64,000 bases of DNA, from positions 31,000,001 to 31,064,000 of the forward strand of contig OZ024761.1 of assembly GCA_964016885.1 (NCBI GenBank). Reading direction: 5' to 3'. The notes under the pieces were generated by a model. It ran no database searches. It was given only the letters and a program-made list of their open reading frames with translations, and was not told where the DNA came from. A program made the translations under genes and the position numbers. Below, piece by piece: positions 30,693 to 46,304 of this stretch (position 1 is its first letter; the number at the start of each line of letters is the position of its first letter). Origin of the DNA: Eledone cirrhosa (lineage: Eukaryota).

Positions 30693-31444
30693 GACATATA
30701 AAATTTGTATAAAAGAGGAAATAAGGGGAGAATGAATTTCAATATGAAGGAAGAAATGTAGTTATGGAGAACGCGAGAGAAATAGCGTGAAATGAATCGA
30801 TAAAAATGATAGAGAGGGTAAGAAATCGCCAAACTAGTGGGAGATAGATCGAATTAATGAGGCAGGTAGATGAAGATATGTAGTATTAATCAGACAGGTA
30901 GACGAAGGAAGAAAGAAGAGAAGACGAAAGAATAAACGGACGTGGAGAAAAAAGACGGCGAAATGTATGAGGAATAGAAGTGAAAGTGTCGGTTGGAGAG
31001 AGAGGGGAATAAAGAGGGAGAGAGAGAAGACAGATGGGGAGAGAGATTGGAAGAAAGAAAACCCTAAATAGAAAGAGCGAACAGAATGAAAGACAGACGG
31101 AGAGAGGAAAGAATGAAAGACAGGCGGGGAGAGTGAGAAAAAAAGAAAGACCTAGATAGAGGGAGAGAGAGAGAGAGGGAAAGATAATAAAGATGGGTTT
31201 GAAGAAAGAAAGACTAAGAGCGAGGGAGGGGGAAAGAGAGATAGAGATGAGTTAGAAGAAAGACAGAGACCGAAGGAGAGAGATACATAGAGATGGGTTA
31301 GAAATAAAAAAGACTTAAGAGAGAGAGAGAGAGCTTACTAGAACTATAAAAGTATAGAGAAACTTAAAATATTGGCGCTCGGTAGGTTTGTTTAGATGCA
31401 AATAATTGCGAATGTTAGTGCTGATAGAGCACACATATTTGTGC

Positions 31445-31484
<40 letters not shown>

Positions 31485-31585
31485 GTGTGTGTGTGTGTAT
31501 TTATGTGTATGTGTATATATACATATATATTTATATATATGTGTGTGTGTATTTATGTGTATATATACATATATATTTACGTGTG

Positions 31586-31618
<33 letters not shown>

Positions 31619-31919
31619 CAAAGGCCTCCCAGCTGTGATCATTCCGATTTCTTTTAGTTTCTTTCAGTTCCCCTTGTATCTACGAATAAATTATCCCGTG
31701 TGTTTTTCCTTCTTTAAGATATAAAGGTGTGGTTTGAAGAAGATTTGGTAGTGATTTCTAACAGGATGAACGACCATGCATGAAGACTCTCTCTGTCTGT
31801 CTGTCTCTCTCTCTCCCTCTCTCTCTCTCTCATAATACTAGTTCAAACTCAAGTTTTCGTAAGTGAATAATTCCAAGTGTTTTATATATATATATATATG
31901 CATCACTGATTTTTCGTTT

Positions 31920-31962
<43 letters not shown>

Positions 31963-34051
31963 GTATATGTATATATATATGTGTGTGTGTGTGTGTATGT
32001 GTAAAACACCGAAAGAAAGACAGTAAGGTCTGATTTGAGGGAGATTTAGTAGCTATTTCTGCCATATAATATTTGAAATTGTTGATGATGATGATTTCTT
32101 TTTAATGAAACAGTTCTATATTGAACATGATGTTTACACTCTACTAATGTATTGAGTACCTTACTTACTGTGGTTTGAATCCAGGACTCACACAAAACCC
32201 CATCGACATAGAGTAGAAATTACGAAGCGTCGAAAGATAACCGATCTTCAACTAGTATTTTCGATATAATCCAATATATGTCTTAGCATAGAGACTTAGC
32301 TGAAAAACAACAACCGATAATTGGGGTTTCGATTGGTGCAGAAATAGGGTCTTGGATAAATGTTAGGGGTTTTTCTTTGGGGTGGGAGAAGGGAGATGGT
32401 AACTGCATGGCTGGCGTTCGATCAATACTTTCTAGTTCAACATTCTTGCCCCAACACTTATCAAGGAATTGTGTGTGTGTGCACGAGCCCTTGGGGCTAG
32501 AGCTGTGTGTGTGTGTGTGTGTGTGTGTGAGAGTTCGTAAAGCTGGATTTATTTGTATATGGGGGCAGGGTGGGTGGGTGCTAAATAATAATTCCTTTAA
32601 CACCCCTCTAGACAGAATGTGCTTCCAAGTAGTCTATATATATATGTAGCGAAATCACCCTTCGTTAAATATATATATATTTATTGAGAAGTGCGCTAGC
32701 AGCCGAAGTGTATAATAAAGTTATATCTATATATCCAATGTGTAGGTATGTAAAGACGCCAGAAAATACGAATTTCCCTGTATTTATACAGATATAACTT
32801 TATGTATATACACATACACATTATATATATATATATATACACACACACACATACGTGTTTGTATGTACGTCAGTGCATATGTGTGTTTAGGCACACGTTC
32901 GTATGAATAAGTGTGTTGACACATGTTTGCATGTATATATGTGTGGGTGTGTATGTGTCGACTAATTTTTCTATGTACAAGCAAGCATGCACATATTAGA
33001 ATGCATACGCGTGTATGCACATGTTTGTGTATATACATGTGTCTATATGCGCGTATTTGCATGTAAACGTGTGTGTATGCTCATCTATATATGAGTGTAC
33101 ATGTATTAATGTATAATATGTATACACAGAGACACCGAAATATATAGGCTCATGTGAATCTGGGAATATTTATTTGCTATAGCTATAAATCAAAATGCAG
33201 TGTTGTTTGTTCTCTTTAGAAAACAGTATACAATTTTATCACCTAAATTATACTACTTTGGCGAGAAGCATTGGCTTCTCACGCTCCACACACACACACT
33301 TAAATTTACACCCAACCCAACAAAAAACTTTAAAAAAAGGCAGAATATTGATCCACTAACAACGCAAACTACGTCAAATCTGTGTTTTTCCTTTCCTCAT
33401 CCAACTGTATAAATATCTTATCCTTGTTTCTACAACACACTTTCCTTCTTTTCCGTTTCTTCACTCCCATTATCGGAACTGATGTTTTCATTTCATCCTC
33501 TAATCAACAATTCCTCATATATCTATCTATCATTCTCTGTCTCTTTCTATCTTTCTCTCTTCCTCCATACAACATCCATGTGAACATGTCTCTGTCTCTC
33601 TCTATGTTTACATGTGGTTGCATGCGAAATCGCTCGTCTTTCCGTGTATATGTATGTATACATACGTGCATGTGCGAGGGAATGCGCGCGTGTGTATGCA
33701 TGTGCGTGTATGTGTGTACATACGTACACGCGTGTGTGAATACATAGATTATTGTGTATATGTGGATACGTGCATGTTTGTGTAAATACATGTGCGTGTA
33801 TGCGTATACGTACGAGTGTCGAGTGTTTGTATGTGTGCATATGTACATGTGTGTGTGTGTGTATACTTGCACGCTACCGAGTTAATTTCCACTTGTTATA
33901 TACAACTTACCTTGAAAAATATTGGTTCTGCATTAAATAGTGTCATTTCTTATCCATTGCCAATCTGTGTGAATGGATAAATATATACGTTCGTTGATTT
34001 ATATATATATATATATATGTTCACAACTGTGTTCGTTGATTTATATATATG

Positions 34052-34090
<39 letters not shown>

Positions 34091-34519
34091 TTATATATAT
34101 ATATATGTGTGTGTGTATATGTGTATGGTGTATTTCTTCTTCTTTCTGTCAGATACACTTCGATAACGACAATAATACAGGGAGTGTAAGCTCCTGTGTT
34201 GTATACAATCGTTTAAAAAAAAAGATCCGCTGTCCTACCAAATAACCAACATTTATGACAACATTTGCCGGAGCAAATGGCAGTCTAATTTAGGACGGCT
34301 CACCCCGTCTTCTTATCTCTCTCTCTCTTGACACTCCTCCGTTAGCCTCTTCTTTCTATGTTTTTCTCTTTCTTTTTCTCTCTCTCTCTTGACACTTCTC
34401 CGTTAGCCTCTTCTTTCTACGTTTTTCTCTTTCTTTTTCTCTCTCTTCACACTTTCTTTCCCGTCAGTCTCTTCGTTCTACGTTTTTCTCTCTCTTTTTC
34501 TCCCTCTGTTTTATATACA

Positions 34520-34640
<121 letters not shown>

Positions 34641-34849
34641 CTTTATCCCACTCTCTCTCGATATCGATCTCTCTCTATATATGTTCTCATCGTCTTTCAC
34701 TCGTCACCTCTGTACCTTCTCTCTCTCTATTTCTTCCTCCCACCCCATCTATCTTCTATATGGTTTACTTCTATCTCTCTTACAAACAAACACACAAAGT
34801 ACCAGTAATGTACTGAATTAATTGCTGGCCTTGTGCCAAACGTAGAAAC

Positions 34850-34893
<44 letters not shown>

Positions 34894-34951
34894 GCGTGTG
34901 TGCGCGCGTACCCTGTTGTACAGCCGACCGCGTTATTCTTCATTCTTTTAC

Positions 34952-35177
<226 letters not shown>

Positions 35178-35689
35178 CACATAATTATGTATATATAAAT
35201 ACACATACACATATAACCCTCACCACCACATTTATCACCAAACATATACATCTATCAGTCTTTTCGTTGGTCTCTGTTGCTGCATATTAGTTCCACTCCC
35301 TAACCTCTATTCCCTACCCACCCTCCCCTCTACCTACCCCTTACCCAGCCCCCTTAACCTCTACTTTCCACCACCACCATCATCCTCTAGTGTACCCTCC
35401 AATCCCTACTCACCACTCCTACCCTTCACCCACCCTAACCCTCAACCCTACCCTGTACCCCCTTCATCTACATAGCCATCTCCTTTTCCTCCTGTATGGC
35501 ATATAGCCTCCTTGCCCCCTACCTCGCCACCCAGTAAATTTACTCTTCTTTCTTATTTGGTTCTTTTATTTGTATCCACCCCCAACCCCAATTTTTGTCA
35601 TTCCCCAACACCACCACTTCAAAACAGTATCACCGCCACTGCCACTATCCCCATCACTGTTGCAGTCACCACCATTGCCACCACAATCA

Positions 35690-36592
35690 TCACCACTATC
35701 ACCAGCACCACCACCAACAACACCAACACATTCCTCACCACTATTGCCACCACAATCATCACCAGCAACAACACCAACACTGCTAACCACAATCATCACC
35801 ACCACCACCACCACCACCAACACCAACACGATCTTCACAACTGCCACCACAATCATCACCACCATCACCAGTACCAGCACCAGCACCACCACCACCAGTA
35901 CCACCACCACCACCACCACCAACACAATTTTCACAACTACCTCCACAATCATCACCACCACCACCAGCACCACCAACACCACCACCAACACCAACACGAT
36001 CTTCACAACTGCCACCACAATCATCACCAGTACCAGCACCAGCACCACCACCACCAGTACCACCACCACCATCACCAACAACACAATCTTCACAACTACC
36101 TCCACAATCATCACCACCATCACCAGTACCAGCACCGCCACCACCACCACCACCACCACCACCACCACCACCAACACCAACACCAACACCACCAACAACA
36201 CAATCTTCGCAACTGCCACCACAATCATCACCACCACCACCAGTACCACCACCACCACCACCACCAACAACACAATCTTCACAACTACCTCCACAATCAT
36301 CACCACCATCACCAGCACCAGCACCACCACCACCACCACCACCAGCACCACCACCACCAACAACACAATCTTCACAACTACCTCCACAATCATCACCACA
36401 ATCACCAGCACCACCACCACCAGCACCACCACCACCAACAACACAATCTTCACAACTACCTCCACAATCATCACCACCATCACCAGCACCACCACCACCA
36501 TCACCAGCACCACCACCACCACCACCAGCACCACCACCACCTCCAACACAATCTTCACAACTACCTCCACAATCATCACCACCATCACCAGT

Positions 36593-36623
<31 letters not shown>

Positions 36624-39600
36624 CCACCAACACGATCTTCACAACTGCCACCACAATCATCACCATCAACAACACCAACATCAACACCACCAACACAATC
36701 CTCACCAACACTGCCACCACAATCACCACCACCACCACCAGTACCAACAACAACAACAACACCAACACACTCTTCACCACCACAATCATCACCCTCAACA
36801 CCACCAACACAACCATCACCACCATCACCAGCACCACCACCACCAACATAATCATCACCACCATCAACAGCACCAGCACCACCACCACCAACACCACCAC
36901 CACCACCAACACCAACACTGCCACACCAATCATCACCACCACCACCACCAACACTGCCACACCAATCACCACCACCACCACCACCACCACCAACACTGCC
37001 ACACCAATCACCACCACCACCACCACCAACACTGCCACACCAATCACCACCACCACCAACACTGCCACACCAATCACCACCACCACCACCACCACCAACA
37101 CTGCCACACCAATCACCACCACCACCACCACCACCAACACTGCCACACCAATCACCACCACCACCAACACTGCCACACCAATCACCACCACCACCACCAC
37201 CACCAACACTGCCACACCAATCACCACCACCACCACCACCAACACTGCCACACCAATCACCACCACCACCATCACCAACACTGCCACACCAATCATCATC
37301 ACCACCACCACCACCAACACTGCCACACCAATCACCACCACCACCACCACCACCAACACTGCCACACCAATCACCACCACCACCACCACCACCAACACTG
37401 CCACACCAATCACCACCACCACCACCACCACCAACACTGCCACACCAATCACCACCACCACCACCACCAACACTGCCACACCAATCACCACCACCACCAT
37501 CACCAACACTGCCACACCAATCATCATCACCACCACCACCACCAACACTGCCACACCAATCACCACCACCACCACCACCACCAACACTGCCACACCAATC
37601 ACCACCACCACCACCACCACCAACACTGCCACACCAATCACCACCACCACCACCACCACCAACACTGCCACACCAATCACCACCACCACCACCACCAACA
37701 CTGCCACACCAATCACCACCACCACCATCACCAACACTGCCACACCAATCATCATCACCACCACCACCACCAACACTGCCACACCAATCACCACCACCAC
37801 CACCACCAACACTGCCACACCAATCACCACCACCACCACCACCACCAACACTGCCACACCAATCACCACCACCACCACCACCAACACTGCCACACCAATC
37901 ACCACCACCACCATCACCAACACTGCCACACCAATCATCATCACCACCACCACCACCAACACTGCCACACCAATCACCACCACCACCATCACCAACACTG
38001 CCACACCAATCACCACCACCACCACCACCACCAACACTGCCACACCAATCACCACCACCACCACCACCAACACTGCCACACCAATCACCACCACCACCAC
38101 CACCACCAACACTGCCACACCAATCACCACCACCACCACCACCAACACTGCCACACCAATCACCACCACCACCATCACCACCAACACTGCCACACCAATC
38201 ACCACCACCACCACCACCACCAACACTGCCACACCAATCACCACCACCACCACCACCACCAACACTGCCACACCAATCACCACCACCACCACCACCACCA
38301 ACACTGCCACACCAATCACCACCACCACCACCACCAACACTGCCACACCAATCACCACCACCACCATCACCAACACTGCCACACCAATCATCATCACCAC
38401 CACCACCACCAACACTGCCACACCAATCACCACCACCACCACCACCAACACTGCCACACCAATCACCACCACCACCACCACCACCAACACTGCCACACCA
38501 ATCACCACCACCACCAACACTGCCACACCAATCACCACCACCACCACCACCACCAACACTGCCACACCAATCACCACCACCACCACCACCAACACTGCCA
38601 CACCAATCACCACCACCACCATCACCAACACTGCCACACCAATCACCACCACCACCACCACCACCAACACTGCCACACCAATCACCACCACCACCACCAC
38701 CAACACTGCCACACCAATCACCACCACCACCACCACCACCAACACTGCCACACCAATCACCACCACCACCATCACCAACACTGCCACACCAATCACCACC
38801 ACCACCACCACCACCAACACTGCCACACCAATCACCACCACCACCACCACCAACACTGCCACACCAATCACCACCACCACCACCACCACCAACACTGCCA
38901 CACCAATCACCACCACCACCACCACCAACACTGCCACACCAATCACCACCACCACCATCACCAACACTGCCACACCAATCATCATCACCACCACCACCAC
39001 CAACACTGCCACACCAATCACCACCACCACCACCACCAACACTGCCACACCAATCACCACCACCACCACCACCAACACTGCCACACCAATCACCACCACC
39101 ACCATCACCAACACTGCCACACCAATCACCACCACCACCACCACCACCAACACTGCCACACCAATCACCACCACCACCACCACCAACACTGCCACACCAA
39201 TCACCACCACCACCACCACCACCAACACTGCCACACCAATCACCACCACCACCACCACCAACACTGCCACACCAATCACCACCACCACCATCACCAACAC
39301 TGCCACACCAATCATCATCACCACCACCACCACCAACACTGCCACACCAATCACCACCACCACCACCACCAACACTGCCACACCAATCACCACCACCACC
39401 ACCACCACCAACACTGCCACACCAATCACCACCACCACCACCACCAACACTGCCACACCAATCACCACCACCACCATCACCAACACTGCCACACCAATCA
39501 TCATCACCACCACCACCACCAACACTGCCACACCAATCACCACCACCACCACCACCACCAACACTGCCACACCAATCACCACCACCACCACCACCAACAC

Positions 39601-40335
39601 TGCCACACCAATCACCACCACCACCACCACCACCAACACTGCCACACCAATCACCACCACCACCACCACCAACACTGCCACACCAATCACCACCACCACC
39701 ATCACCAACACTGCCACACCAATCATCATCACCACCACCACCACCAACACTGCCACACCAATCACCACCACCACCACCACCACCAACACTGCCACACCAA
39801 TCACCACCACCACCACCACCACCAACACTGCCACACCAATCACCACCACCACCACCACCACCAACACTGCCACACCAATCACCACCACCACCAACACTGC
39901 CACACCAATCACCACCACCACCACCACCACCAACACTGCCACACCAATCACCACCACCACCACCACCAACACTGCCACACCAATCACCACCACCACCATC
40001 ACCAACACTGCCACACCAATCATCATCACCACCACCACCACCAACACTGCCACACCAATCACCACCACCACCACCACCACCAACACTGCCACACCAATCA
40101 CCACCACCACCACCACCACCAACACTGCCACACCAATCACCACCACCACCACCACCACCAACAGCAACAATGCCCCCACAACCACCACCACCAACACAAT
40201 CCTCACCACCACTGTCACCCCAATCATCACTGCTACTATCTCCATCACAAACACCACCATCATAACATCGTCATCGTTGTTGACACCATCATCATCGCCA
40301 TCATCGTCGTCATCATCATCATCATCATCATCATC
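35690..40335. repeat. CAC-rich low-complexity region with a 27-39-bp minisatellite (AACACTGCCACACCAAT(CAC)n) at about 36910-40160
   Basis: Many tandem units differing in the number of CAC triplets. Confidence 0.95.
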
Positions 40336-41189
40336 ACAACACTATAGAACTGAACTAATCCCTAACTATTCCTGATTATGATAAGATAATAAGTGATGGA
40401 GGTGGTTCTATGGTTGAAATGTGAGTATGAAGTCATCATGCCTAACCCTAACCCCTTAGCATTTAAACCGGCCATATCCGGCCAGAATTCTCTCACTTCT
40501 TTCTGTTTAAACCAGCCATAACCGTCTGCTCATACTTATGTTAAGGTATTGTTCTCAAAATAAATTATATCGAAATCTGATAGATTCGATGTTATGTGAG
40601 CTAGTTATGTCCGGCCAGAATTCTCTCACTTCTTTCTGTTTAAATCAGCCATAACCAGCTGCTCATACTTATGTTAAAGTATTGTTCTCAAAATAAATAA
40701 TATCAAAATCTCATAGATTCGATATTATGTGAGGTAAAGTGTTTACTTTGAAAATACAATAGTAAATATAGAGTAATGTAAATGCTAAAGGGTTAAAGGA
40801 GTGACACGAGATGACAGCTCCGATACTATGGGCTTGTGGTTAGAATATCTCAGGAAAGAATTACTGGACAGATTATTACGAGCAAAGCCAACCAACAAGA
40901 GACCAAGTGTTAAACCCTGAGTGGTTAGATAACATCCATGAGCTTGGCTGGTCACGCTTGGGGATCCAGCTGAATCAGCTGGAGATGGTTGCTTCTAAAA
41001 GGATCCGCTGGAAAGAGTGTTGAAGGATTCTGCCCCCACAACCCTCTCAGGAATAAGTGGGTGAAGAAGAAGAAGAAGACTCCTACACTCAGTTTTCGTA
41101 TGTAGTTGACTTGTGATTATTGAGGCACTCATTGTATTAACCTATTTGATACCAACCCAGCTGAAACCAGCTCTGGTTCTATGAAATAA

Positions 41190-41900
41190 AACCACTCATT
41201 TAAAAGGGTTCCTATTTAAACCTTTTAGTACTTTGTCAACCAAAACTGCTCTCACAAAACCACCCATTTTAAAGAGTTCCTATCTAAACCTTTTAATACT
41301 TTGTCAACCAAAACTGCTCTCACAAAACCACCCATTTTAAAGAGTTCCTATTTAAACATTTAATACTTTGTCAACCAAAACTGCTCTCACAAAACCACCC
41401 ATTTTAAAGGGTTCCTATTTAAACCTTTTAGTACTTTGTCAACCAAAACTGCTTTCACAAAACCACCCATTTTAAAGAGTTCCTATCTAAACCTTTTAAT
41501 ACTTTGTCAACCAAAACTGCTCTCACAAAACCACCCATTTTAAAGGGTTCCTATTTAAACCTTTTAGTACTTTGTCAACCAAAACTGCTCTCACAAAACC
41601 ACCCATTTTAAAGAGTTCCTATTTAAACCTTTTAATACTTTGTCAACCAAAACCACCCATTTTAAAGGGTTCCTATTTAAACCTTTTAGTACTTTGTCAA
41701 CCAAAACTACTCTCACAAAACCACCCATTTTAAAGAGTTCCTATCTAAACCTTTTAATACTTTGTCAACCAAAACTGCTCTCACAAAACCACCTATTTTA
41801 AAGGGTTCCTATTTAAACCTTTTAGTACTTTGTCAACCAAAACTGCTCTCACAAAACCACCCATTTTAAAAAGTTCTTATTTAAACATTTTGGTACGTTG
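41190..41900. repeat. 68-bp minisatellite, about 10 units
   Basis: CAAAACTGCTCTCACAAAACCACCCATTTTAAAG... recurs at 41241, 41309 and onward. Confidence 0.92.
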
Positions 41901-42859
41901 TCATCAAATGCTGTCCCTGGTTCTATGAAACAAAACCATCCAGTTTAATAGGCGTGTGTGTGTGGTATTAACTGTAGTTTAATAGGTGCGTATGATGTCA
42001 ACTTCTCGACCAAACACTTAAAATAATTCTGACAAAAATACACAAATTCCAACACAAAATGCCAACCACACAAGATGATGTGTGACAATGGTTTACAATT
42101 GAACAGAAATTTAGTTGTTTTATGTGAAATTATTAGAGCAAAATAACATCCTGCTTATGGAATATTGTAAAAAAAGTTAATATTTTTTATGTGTTTGCCT
42201 TTCATATATAAACGTCTGGTCATTTCCTTGACAGGAAATATCATGTTATTAAGTTTGAAATAGCAGGATATCAAGAGAAAAATTGATCACATAGGTTAGA
42301 GGGTTCAGTTTTTGGCTGTTGTAGATTTTTTGGGGAAAAACCTGTAGAAATAATTCACAAATATAAGCAACAAGGAAAAAAAAATTCTTTTGTTACCGTA
42401 TTTTGGCTTAGTGGTTAGAGCATTGACCTTGCAATCGAAAGGTTGTGAGTTCAATTCTCAGACCGGGTGATGTGTTGTTTCCTTGAGCAAGACACTTTAT
42501 TTCACATTGCTCCAGTTTACTCAGATGTAGAAATGAGATGATAGGGACTGGGGTCCCTATCATTCCACTGCAAAGTGGTCGTGGAGGTGCCACGGCAAAA
42601 AGCATCCAGCACTCACTGTAAATGAGGTTGGTGTTAGAAAGGGCATCCAGCTGTAGAAATCAAGCCAGAATCAGTTCCCGTCCCACCCTTGCAAGCAGGG
42701 AAAAGCGGACGTAAAATGAAATGATGAATGATGATGAAACTGCCTACAGATTTAAAATCATTTTGAAAATAATCAAGAATTTGAATGGATTTAGTAATAT
42801 AACTAACTTTCTTTATTGTGTTGTATCAGATGAAAGAATGGTATTTAACTAATGTATTG

Positions 42860-44395
42860 GTACACGATGGGGCCCACCCACAGCCCCGGCGGACAGAATG
42901 GAGAAGGCGTTTCCCCAGAGGACGGCAAGGGAGACGTGCTGGAAAATCCACTCCAACTCACGGGGCTCACACCTGCAGCTGGCCAGCTCAGCGCCTATGG
43001 TGGTGAGTAAGGAGGTAGCCCTGGGGCCGAGGACACCAGAGGTTTCCACTGCCAGGGGAACAACCACAAACCTGTCGGAGAGCGACCGGTATTTGAGGAG
43101 TTTGGCCTCGTCAGCCCGACGTGCAGCAGAACCTGGGTCAGTCGCAGACTGCACCAGGTTGCGGCTACAGAAAGTGTCGTGCAAGTGGCATCCCAGGCGA
43201 GGGGTTTGCCACCGCAGAACGGGAAGATGGTCATGCCATCTGGCCTTTTGCCGTCCCCTCGATCCAGCCCCACCGGCTCGAGCTGGGAAGGGAATCCTGC
43301 AGCATCCAAGCCATGCTTAATGACCTTGTTGAGGGCAGTATGGCGTGGAATGCGGCCGGCACTGTGGCGACAGGAAAGTGGGTGGAGGTCGAAAGAGTCC
43401 ACGGTGGAACTGCAGTGACATTGGTGTGGCTGGCAGATCCGGAGGCCAAGCCTCAGGGAAACGCCGATTCGTAGGCTATGGTTGTCTAGCTGTGTGCCAG
43501 TGGAGAAGGAGGGTAGAGCATGGATCCAGGCACCACTGTGGGGTTTGGAGGCCACACGAAAACAAGCAAGGAGGTGCTGGTCGAGCTGGCGCGTGAGCCT
43601 GTCTGAGGCCAGGCTGCACTGGATGGTATCCCAAGTGCGTTGGGGGGACTTGACGTCAACAGGGGGAGAAGGAGGAGGGACGTCTACTGGGCTAAGTTCC
43701 AGCCGGTCCCACGTCTCACAGGCGGCCTCACGTTCTCTGAACACAGAAGGTTCTGTTGTGTTTTGAAGAACCCTGCTGACGAGGACGCGGCACGAGGTTA
43801 CAGACGAAAGATACACCGGCAAAGCTAGTGAGATCGGAGACCGGAGGCCTAGGCCACCATACCTGACCGGTAAAGTGACCTGTTGCCACCCTATGTCGTC
43901 AAACTTGCGTTGCATATCCCCTCGGCTGCTGCTCGGATACAAGTATCGAGGTCAGCGAGGAGAGATGCCTGGGTGTAGCATGGAGCGCTGTGGAGTGTAT
44001 AGAGGAGCTTCGGCATGGCGAAGCAGTTCCTCAGCAGAAAAAGAGCTGGGTGGCCGTCAATCAAGCCCAGTCGGCTTGTGAGAGTCTGGAGCTGTTGAAG
44101 CCTGGACCTGATGGTGGAGCGGATGGCCGGCGGGTGGATTGGTGACCCGAGGATGAGGACATCCTCTTTGGGGGTCACCTGAACCTGGCGGAGAATGGAC
44201 CGCACGTCCAAGATGGAGGCTGGAAAGCTCGAGCATCGAGGCTGACGTTCACCACCTCCGACTTGGCCGAGTTGACCTGGAGGCCGATTCTCGCCAGGGC
44301 AGGAATCACCGATTGAAGGTCTTGGCAGACTGTCCGTACAGGCCCGCCCAACGTAGCATCATCCAGATACCAAACGTTGAGAGGGGCCGTGATAC
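42860..44395 (-). mobile_element. 5'-truncated, frameshifted CRE-like non-LTR retrotransposon (RT, Zn knuckle, restriction-like endonuclease)
   Basis: WYLDDATLGG (RT), GLQVNSAKSE, LPVRYGGLGL, CHC..HPLSC..RH..LN, RPDG..AWDAT and VPLAVETSGVLG across several frames. GC-rich island. Confidence 0.88.
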
Positions 44396-45124
44396 TAACT
44401 TTCTTATCATGAAGTTGGTGTTTGGAACATAACATAACAAAGGTTCTTTCAGAGAATTATGATGGAAGGGATTTTTTCTTTTTTTTTGATAAATATAAAC
44501 AGTTTAAAATAGATTATTTGTATCGTAAAATCAGAGGCAGTTCCAGGTGGCTTTTTATCAAAGGATTTAAGGGAACACATTTTTAGATTTTAAACTTAGT
44601 AGAACTGGTGGTGGTGGTGGTGGTGGGTGTGATGGTACTGACAGTAGTGGAAGAGCAGTTCTGGTAGTGGTGGTGTGGTGGTGATGGTGGCATGGGTGGA
44701 ATTCCTGCTTGTGGGTATGTCTACTGGGGTGGGGTTTGTTGCATTACTGGAGGTGACAGTGGCAGTATTGGTGAAAGTGGGAGTAGAATTCCTGTCCGTG
44801 AGTATGTCAGCTGTCAATAAGAAGAGAATTCTTGAATGCTGACAAAACAAAATTCATACATCTCAATGCAAAGTTCAATAAACAAATGCATACAGCAGCC
44901 CTTCAGCATTTAAACCAGCCATATCTGGCCAGAATTCTCTCGCCTCTTTCTGTTTAAACCAGCTGTAACTTGGTGCTCATACTGATGTTAAGGTATTGTT
45001 CTCAAAATAAATAATATCAAAACTCGTACATTTGATATTATGTGAGATAAATATGTAAGATCAAGCCTTTACTGTGAAAATACGATAGTAAATATAGAGT
45101 AATGTAAATACTAAAGGGCTAGAC

Positions 45125-46298
45125 CAGTAGTTCCTAACCTTTTTTATGCCATGGACTGGCTTCATGCCGGACAATCTTTCCACGGACCGGTAGTTGCAAA
45201 TATGTGTTATTTAAGTGCATTTCGATAAAGAGAGCAATTTATTAAAGGGAAGAAAAAGTGTATTGTGTATATGAATATTGAATATTTAAACAATCTTTTA
45301 AAATTAAAGTTCAATATTCAATTTATTTAAACAAGTTGTTTATTTATACAGGGTGTTCATAAAGTCTCTTTACAATTTGGAAAATATATTACAAAAGCAA
45401 TTGATGAGCTATCTTAATCAGATTTGTTCTATGTTCTTAGTAGTTATCAAAGTTTTTAATCAAACTGCATTTGTGCATTTCTGGTATTCTGTTGATGAAA
45501 GGGGTACTGTTAAATGAACCCCTAAAAAATGGCTACTCTTAAATGAACCCCTAAAAAAAGCCACAATGTGTGTTGTGGTTTATTGAAACAAGATCAGATA
45601 CGCAGACTCGGTGAAACTACAGAACTACGTATGGAAGGAGTCCACCGTGTGGTGTGGGATTGTGTGCAATCGAATCATTGGTCCAGTTTTCTTCAACGAG
45701 ACATCAATTACTACAAATGTTTACCTTGACCTTTTGACTGAATATGGTGGCACCACAACTAGATGATCTTCAACCAACAATCATTTTCCAGCAAGATGCT
45801 GCACCACCACATTGGGGACTGCATGTTTGTGGGTTCCTAAATCAAACATTTCCAGACTGGTGGATTGGAAGGGATGGCCCAATTCCCTGACCACCTCGTT
45901 CACCAGATATCACTCCTTTGGACTTCTCTATGTTAAAGATATTGTGTATCAAACAAAGATACGAGACATCACTGATCTAAAGCAAAAGATCACTGATGCT
46001 ATTGCCACCATTGATGAGGCTATGCTACAGCAAATATGGCAAGAAATCGAGTACCATCTTGATGTGTTTTGTGCAGCTAATGGTGCCCATATAGAGGTGT
46101 ATTAAATTAGTTTAAAAAAACACTTCAATATCTACTCCTCATTTTGTAACAATTTTCACATATTTGTCTTTTCATTTGCTTTTCTAATAATGTTTTTAAA
46201 TTATAAAGAGACTTTACGGAGATCCTGTATTTTGCGGTCTGGTAGCAAATGATCCATAGACTGGTACTGGTCTGCAACCCGATGGTTGGAGACTTCTG
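45125..46298. mobile_element. hAT (Charlie-like) MITE interrupted by a Tc1/mariner element
   Basis: Termini CAGTAGTTCCTAACC / GGTTGGAGACTTCTG, with flanks GGCTAGAC / CACTAGAC. Confidence 0.7.
45346..46230 (+). mobile_element. Internally deleted Tc1/mariner element with transposase remnant
   Basis: TIRs TACAGGGTGTTCATAAAGTCTCTTTA / TAAAGAGACTTTACGGAGATCCTGTA. Remnant motifs IIFQQDAAPPHW, WIG..P.SPDITPLDF, VKDIVY and NGAHIE. Confidence 0.85.
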
Positions 46299-46304
46299 CA
46301 CTAG

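Noticed and set aside
32225-32260. Hammerhead at GTC-GAAA-GAT-AACCG-ATC-TT
   Set aside because: Only a possible 3' half. No CTGANGA or stem I found upstream.
35512-40347. 1611-aa His-rich and 1565-aa Val-rich ORFs
   Set aside because: Alternative frames of a CAC minisatellite. Openness follows from base composition.
40441-40456. Telomeric CCCTAA repeats
   Set aside because: Only about two units at a MITE edge, which is not significant.
42404-42470. tRNA gene
   Set aside because: A and B boxes are present, but it continues into a SINE body with another copy at 23975-24315. No clean acceptor stem or terminator.
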